Positions 58,121 to 64,000 of a DNA stretch of 64,000 nt are shown here, one piece after another; position 1 is the first letter of the stretch; the number at the start of each line of letters is the position of its first letter. The stretch is from assembly GCF_030684315.1 (NCBI RefSeq), contig NC_081359.1:35040470-35104469 (forward strand). The letters are read 5' to 3'. The notes beneath the pieces were generated by a model. That model was not told where the DNA came from and did not search any database. It saw only the letters and a program-made list of their open reading frames with translations. The DNA comes from Stegostoma tigrinum. Taxonomy: Eukaryota. A program made the position numbers and the translations under genes.

Positions 58121-60589
58121 TAACAGTCATATTCATATACAATATTCATGGGACCCTTTTAACCACTGCTCACCTAGAGTCAGCCAAACCGAACACAATT
58201 CCACCCCCTCCAATATCCGACATTCGACAAACTACCCCCACACCCCAAGCACCATACCATCAACATCGCAAAGTTGCATACCCGACTTGCTGCCAATCCC
58301 AGCATTCCACTGCCTGCTCAGCCTTTCAGTGTTCATTTCCCCCATACAACTGGCCCATCAGCCTCTGGCTCTGAAAGTGCCCATTTCTGCCAACCATGCA
58401 GTCTTCTTGTAAGCAAGCCCCATTATTCCCAACAAAGTTCTGTCATTCTCTCCTTCTCCATTTTTTTGTTTTGCAACTCATTGCCCTTCAATTCTTGTCA
58501 ATTCTTTTTGAACTTTTCTTCCATTGAACTGTCCTGAGTGAAAAATTAAAAACCTCACAATGAACTCTGCACACATTTTAAAAATAAATTGAGTGCCACC
58601 ATTTTAACTCTGTAAAAGGATGTGCTTCAAGTGTTATACAGGGAACACAGTCTTTCATGGTACAATTATGAACAGATATTACATATATTCCTTTGAGCGC
58701 TTGGCCATTGTGGATGGGAAGTTAGCCAATGGCATGCAAATGAGAACCTGCCATTATAATTACCCAAACCTGCCTGTTATTCTTACCAGTCTCAAATTGC
58801 CATGCTGCTTTCATTGCCCTGCTTTTTTTTGCAAATCCAAAACTGAATTTGCTTCCAAAACATGTGAAGCCAGCATTTTTTTTCCCCTTGGTCTTTTCAA
58901 ATGATATATATAAATAGAATCATTTTATAATTATCACAAACAAGTCTTCCAACAAAAATAAATCGTTTCCATATGAAGCAGTTGTTGCCTTTGATAAGCT
59001 CTTATTATTAAAATAAAGAGATAATTTCATAAATTGTTTCAGTTTTTTGTGGAGGAAATTATCAGCTAAGAGGCTATATAAATGAAATGCTAATTCAAAT
59101 CAGGTTATTCTATCAGAGATCAGACCAAATTCAATTATGATCTTCTTTATTCAAATAACATTTTTATTTATTTTCTGGTTTTTTTTTATATAAAGCAACT
59201 TACACTGTGCAGACTCATACTGCATTTGTAATACTCCAATCTGCTTATATCACAATTTCTGATTTAAATTTTTGTTTTCAGTTCTTTTGTTCCAGTCGTT
59301 TATTTCCTTTTTGAACGCAATTTTAAAATATGCAATTAAAGGTAACTTCCAGTGTCTCACTTGAAAATACATATTCCATGTAAATAAATTAAGTTTACAT
59401 TCAAATAAAGGCTATGTGAGATTTTTGTTGATGTGCATTTGTTTCTGCCTTCATACAGATGAGAGTTTAAAATGATTAGTACGAAAGTGGGTGCTTGTGA
59501 CATAGTATTCAGTCATGAACATTATTGAGTACCCATGTGACTGTCATTACTGTGTAGGTTTAATGTGGGTGTTATTTAAATTGGGAAGTGACTGGGTGGA
59601 TAAGTGTATGACTAGGCAAACAGAGGGGAGGGAATTATTGAGTGGGTGGCTAAGTGTGTATTTAACCCCCAGACCATGTATGGGGCTCATCATTACGTAC
59701 TTGTGTTTAGACCCAATCAGAGGCAGATTTATTTCTTGAGATAGCTGCTTTTTAACATTCACAATGACACTAAGCAATATCAAAAGCTCACCCCTCCTAA
59801 ACAAATGTAAGCTTGCAAAAAAAAACCAAGCACTTCTTGTCATGAAAAGATTTAGATTTTTAACTTGACCTGATGGTATTAACCTATTTTACACAAAAGT
59901 GTGTATTACTTTAAAGCACATTTAACAATTTCTTAGACATTTCAACAAGAAATTTTACAGTTTGATTTGGGGCCCATGGGCTTTTGGGTTATCAAGTCAC
60001 AGTTTAAACATCCCTTCCTTTAATAGCCAGTGCATCACTTAAGTTAATTTTCTCCTGTTTAGTGCTCCTGCAGTTCATATGCATCATCAATTTCCATAGT
60101 ATGTGCCATATTTACTGTGAACATCAATTTAACTTTTGGGCAGTTACTAACTACAGATCAGGGCAAATCCATTTGCTATAGAACGTGTTATACCTTGTTT
60201 CAGAGAAACTATATCCTGCAGTATGTTGTACATGATCCTTTTCAGAACATTAAATTATAATTTAGCCTTTATTCAATGTCTCATCAGTATGTGGCCTTTC
60301 ATATTCAACATGATTTTAAATCCTTTTGTTTGAACAACTTACGTATACTTTAGCAGACAATATTTTTCAGTTGAAGACATGGGCCCAGATTCGAGTTGAA
60401 TTAGTGTTCTGCTCGAACTTTCCTCCACTGCAACACTCAGCTAGGCTCTTCAGAACCTGCCTGTTCATTAATGCAGCAAGCAATGTCCCTTGGGCAATTT
60501 CACCACATCATAGGAGCGTCACCTGCAATAAGACACACCTCCTTCACCCAGGTCTAGCTGCCATATGATATGTTTGAATGTCCAGTCCG

Positions 60590-60970
60590 GATGTTGGAGA
60601 GTGGGTGAGTGTTAGGTAATGGTTAATGTGGCAGGGTAGTTAAGTAATTGATTGAAATAAATTAGTAAGTGTGCAGGGAGGGTAGGGCACTTGCTGCTCA
60701 AGTGGTAGGTGTATTGGGTGGTAAATGGATGGTGTGGAAGGTCAATCAGATAGTAGCTGGGTGGTTTGGCAGGTGAGTGAGTTAGCAGATAGGTGAGATG
60801 GCTGCTGGGTATGGTGATGGAAGGATTATGTGTCTGTTGAATGAGTCAACAGGTTACTGAGATTGTCGGTAGCAACTGCAGTAGGTATCCAAGTTGTTTT
60901 GTGGGTAGTGTGGCAGTGGAGTTTAGGTTTGTTGGGCTGTTAGGGTGTTAGTAGGCAGTGTCAAGAGTGA
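60590..60970. repeat. G/T-rich low-complexity tract (ggta / ggtg / agt motifs)
   Basis: Strong C depletion on the plus strand; no clear period. Confidence 0.55.
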
Positions 60971-61630
60971 GCAGAAGTTAATCTAGATTACTTTGGGATA
61001 CGTTAGGATGTTAAATCAGTAATTTCCCAGGTGAGGAGAGATGAATTGACCCTCTAGTTATTTACCCATTCGGTTAGTTGAGTACAGCCCAGTTAATTTG
61101 AAAATTATGAATAACTTCCTACCAGGCCAAAATGAACTTTAGCTTAAAAGGAACCAATTTAACCAGGCTTTCTTGAATTAACAAAAATTGTCAGTTTGTC
61201 AATTTCTCAAGTCGAGGGGAAAAAAAGTAATACACATATATTCAGATTAAAACTAAACTGTGACCCTAAAAATATAAAAGAAAAACTAAAATATGTAGAT
61301 CGCTCTCTGAGTTTGTCATGAAGAACAGATAAGACAATACTATACAGCCCAATTAAATGACCATGATGTGGAGGTGCAGCATAGGACTCGGGTGGACAAG
61401 GTCACCAGGTTATAGGCCACTATTTGAAAGCATAAGCTTTCGGATTTCTGAACTTATTGAATGGCATCAGAGGCATTGATGTGAGCAATTATGCAGTCAA
61501 TTCAGTTTGTTGCTTTTAAGGATTGGCAGAAATTTTGTTGATCTGATTCCTTTTGACAATATCTGAATTCTATCATTTGAGGAGAGCAAGTCTTTCTCTT
61601 GAATTTACCTACAGTACAAGAATATTTAAA

Positions 61631-62470
61631 TTGATATAGATAAGCTGCAGAGCTGGGCTGAGAGGTGGCAAATGGAGTTTAATGCAGACAAGTGTGAGGT
61701 GATGCACTTTGGTAGGAGTAACCAGAAGGCAAAGTACTGGGCTAATGGTAAGATTCTTAGTCGTGTAGATGAGCAGGGAGATCTCGGTGTCCATGTACAC
61801 AGATCCTTGAAAGTTGCCACCCAGGTTGTCAGGGCTGTTAAGAAGGCATACAGTGTTTTAGCTTTTATTAATAGAGGGTTTGAGTTCTGGAACCAAGAGG
61901 TTATGGTGAAGCTATATAAAACTCTGGTGTAGCCGCACTTGGAGTATTGCGCACAGTTCTGGTCACCGCATTATAAGAAGGATGTGGAAGCTTTGGAAAG
62001 GTTGCAGAGGAGATTTACTAGGATGTTGCCTGGTATGGAGAGAAGGCCTTACGAGGAAAGGCTGAGGGACTTGAGGCTGTTTTCATTAGAGAGAAGAAGG
62101 TTGAGAGGTGACTTAATTGAAACATATAAAATAATCAGAGGGTTAGATAGGGTGGATAGGGAAAGCCTTTTTCCTAGGATGGTGACGGCGAGCACGAGGG
62201 GTCATAACTTTAAATTGAGGGGTGAAAGATATAGGACAGATGTCAGAGGTAGTTTCTTTACTCAGAGAGTAGTAAGGGTATGGAACGCTTTGCCTGCAAC
62301 GGTAGTAGATTCACCAACTTGAGGTACATTTTAAGTCGTCATTGGATAAGCATATGGATGTACATGGAATAGTGTAGGTTAGATGGGCTTGAGATCGGTA
62401 TGACAGGTCAGCACAACATTGAGGGTCGAAGGGCCTGTACTGTGCTGTAACGTTCTATGTTCTATGTTCT
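61631..62470 (+). mobile_element. Young 5'-truncated CR1 LINE (ORF2 C-terminus and 3' UTR)
   Basis: ORFs 61672-61932 and 61939-62322 (MEFNADKCEVMHFG; EYCAQFWSPHYKKDV; VWNALP) are in frame across one TAG; (TTCTATG)n terminus. Confidence 0.95.
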
Positions 62471-63069
62471 CTATATTTTTTAAAAAGCCTGTGGCTCTCA
62501 TGGCATTTTAGTTCACACAATAGAATGTCTTATTAATAACACGTGTAGTCTAGTGTTTCAGTCAATTTTTAATTCACTTTCATCTGCATATTCCTGGAAG
62601 GTAAAACAGGCAAAGGGTCTGAAAAATGGTGGCTTCATTTTTCTTTTCTTTCAGGCCTCGCATTATCTCTTCTTTTAAGTTTCTCCCTGTTTGAAATTTT
62701 CCTGATATTAACAAGAGCAACATTCCATGGATGATACACAAGACTTTGCCAGACAATCATGGAATTGAAATATACAGTTTTTTTTTTCTTTGTAGCTGTC
62801 CTTTTGTCTTTTTAACACAGACATGTTTTGGCTTTACAATTAGACTGCATATACAATGTATAGTGGAGTTCTGATCCCTTGTCTTTTAATACTTATCCTC
62901 CAGTATGAACGAAATAAGGTCCATGCGAGTTCCATTATAAAGGAAAGAAAAATTAAAATCCAAATTAAGCATGAAACAACGCACTCACACATGCGTTCAC
63001 AATAATTCTTCCAGCTTTGGTTAATTGCCTGTTCTAGGTAGGGTATCTGTAATTCATTCAATTTTTAGT

Positions 63070-63660
63070 AGTATAGTTGAAAGAACAAGCCCCAATAGAA
63101 TAACTTGCTTTAGGTCTTAAACTTTCCCACAATGTGTAAGGGATTTTGTCAATATAGACTGTGGTCTCTCTGCATCTGTTTGAGATTTATGTTTCAAAGT
63201 GTTTGAGACTCATTAATAAACTCATGTGGCGTACCATCGCTAATGTTTAATTAGTTTTTGGTGAAGCACCAGATTGACTTCTCTATCCCAGATTGATCTT
63301 CCTTGTCGAGAACAACCCTCAGCCCGATATTACTCACATCCATAGAAGACCCATAGCTTCTTTAAATGCTGGTTTACATTTTGGAGCTGCAAAGCCCAGG
63401 CTTGTTTCTAAAATTGTATTCAGATTTTCAAAAACATTTTAGCATTGCTCAATCCACACTAACTTTGGTGCTTTCTGGAATAAGTCCATCAATGGTGTGG
63501 ATACTGTTACGGGGTTTGGGGTGAACTTTTGGTAACACCCACACATTCCCAAGACCTTTATTATTTTCTATTTTGTTGTGCACCTTTGCAGCCCTGGACT
63601 TATCCTTGACCCATTAGGTTTCCTAGATAGGTCAATTCGGCCTCAGCACTCGGTCAGCTA
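63070..63660 (-). mobile_element. Decayed Ty3/Gypsy pol fragment (RT thumb to RNase H)
   Basis: Minus strand YLGNLMGQG...VLGMCGCYQKFTPN..PLMDL, MDVSNIGLRVVLDKEDQSGIEKSIWCFTK and TTVYIDK, matching the Gypsy FLG..GYY / DAS..G.GAVL / TDH motifs. Confidence 0.8.
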
Positions 63661-64000
63661 ACTGTGTTTTTTTTTATTCTGGAACTGTGCATGTCATACA
63701 TTAGGAGGTCTTCTAGGCACACAAAGCAATTCAACATGACTGATACAAATTTGGACATCAGCCTTTAAAAGATGCTTGGGGAATTTCAATGTCACAACGG
63801 CTTGACATGAAGCTGGCATAGCCTGCTGGAGTTTTTCCTGCAGCTGATCACTCTCTCTGCTTTCAATAAGCTTCTGGGAGACCAAAGGGAATGCTATTAC
63901 CTTTGATCACAGCAGGTCATTGTCAAGAAACAGCTTGATCCCCTCCACAGGCATTGTGTGAATGACTCCATGCCCACTGCCCTGACACAATGGGGCATGC

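Overview
Eukaryotic, repeat-rich window with no recognisable host gene exon. The repeat repertoire (CR1 LINEs, tRNA SINEs, a V-SINE/HE1-like fragment, Neptune-type Penelope-like elements) suggests a shark or ray; this is an inference. Almost all listed ORFs are decayed transposon fragments or antisense shadows. The dominant signal is about a dozen Penelope-like element (PLE) insertions from at least four families, labelled A-D here. They encode RT, a Cys-linker and a GIY-YIG endonuclease, and each family carries a minimal type I hammerhead ribozyme (CUGANGA / stem II / GAAA-CG-UH) in its pseudo-LTR (pLTR), with covarying stems. The most striking pattern is a set of 120-240 bp non-coding mini-elements, most bounded by 9-15 bp target-site duplications (TSDs). 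They consist only of hammerhead + ~100 nt + a ~34 nt tail, and several are head-to-head palindromes with a hammerhead on each strand. Their breakpoints cluster at the 5' edge of the ribozyme rather than at its cleavage site. One long copy (30707-32972) shows that pLTR + tail also precede the ORF, which suggests a strong-stop-like / twin-priming mechanism (hypothesis). Also present: Gypsy pol remnants, a solo LTR, many CR1 pieces, RTE and L2 remnants, a LINE-SINE pair sharing a tail, nested insertions and microsatellites. Coordinates of old, decayed repeats are approximate; TSD and ribozyme coordinates were read directly.
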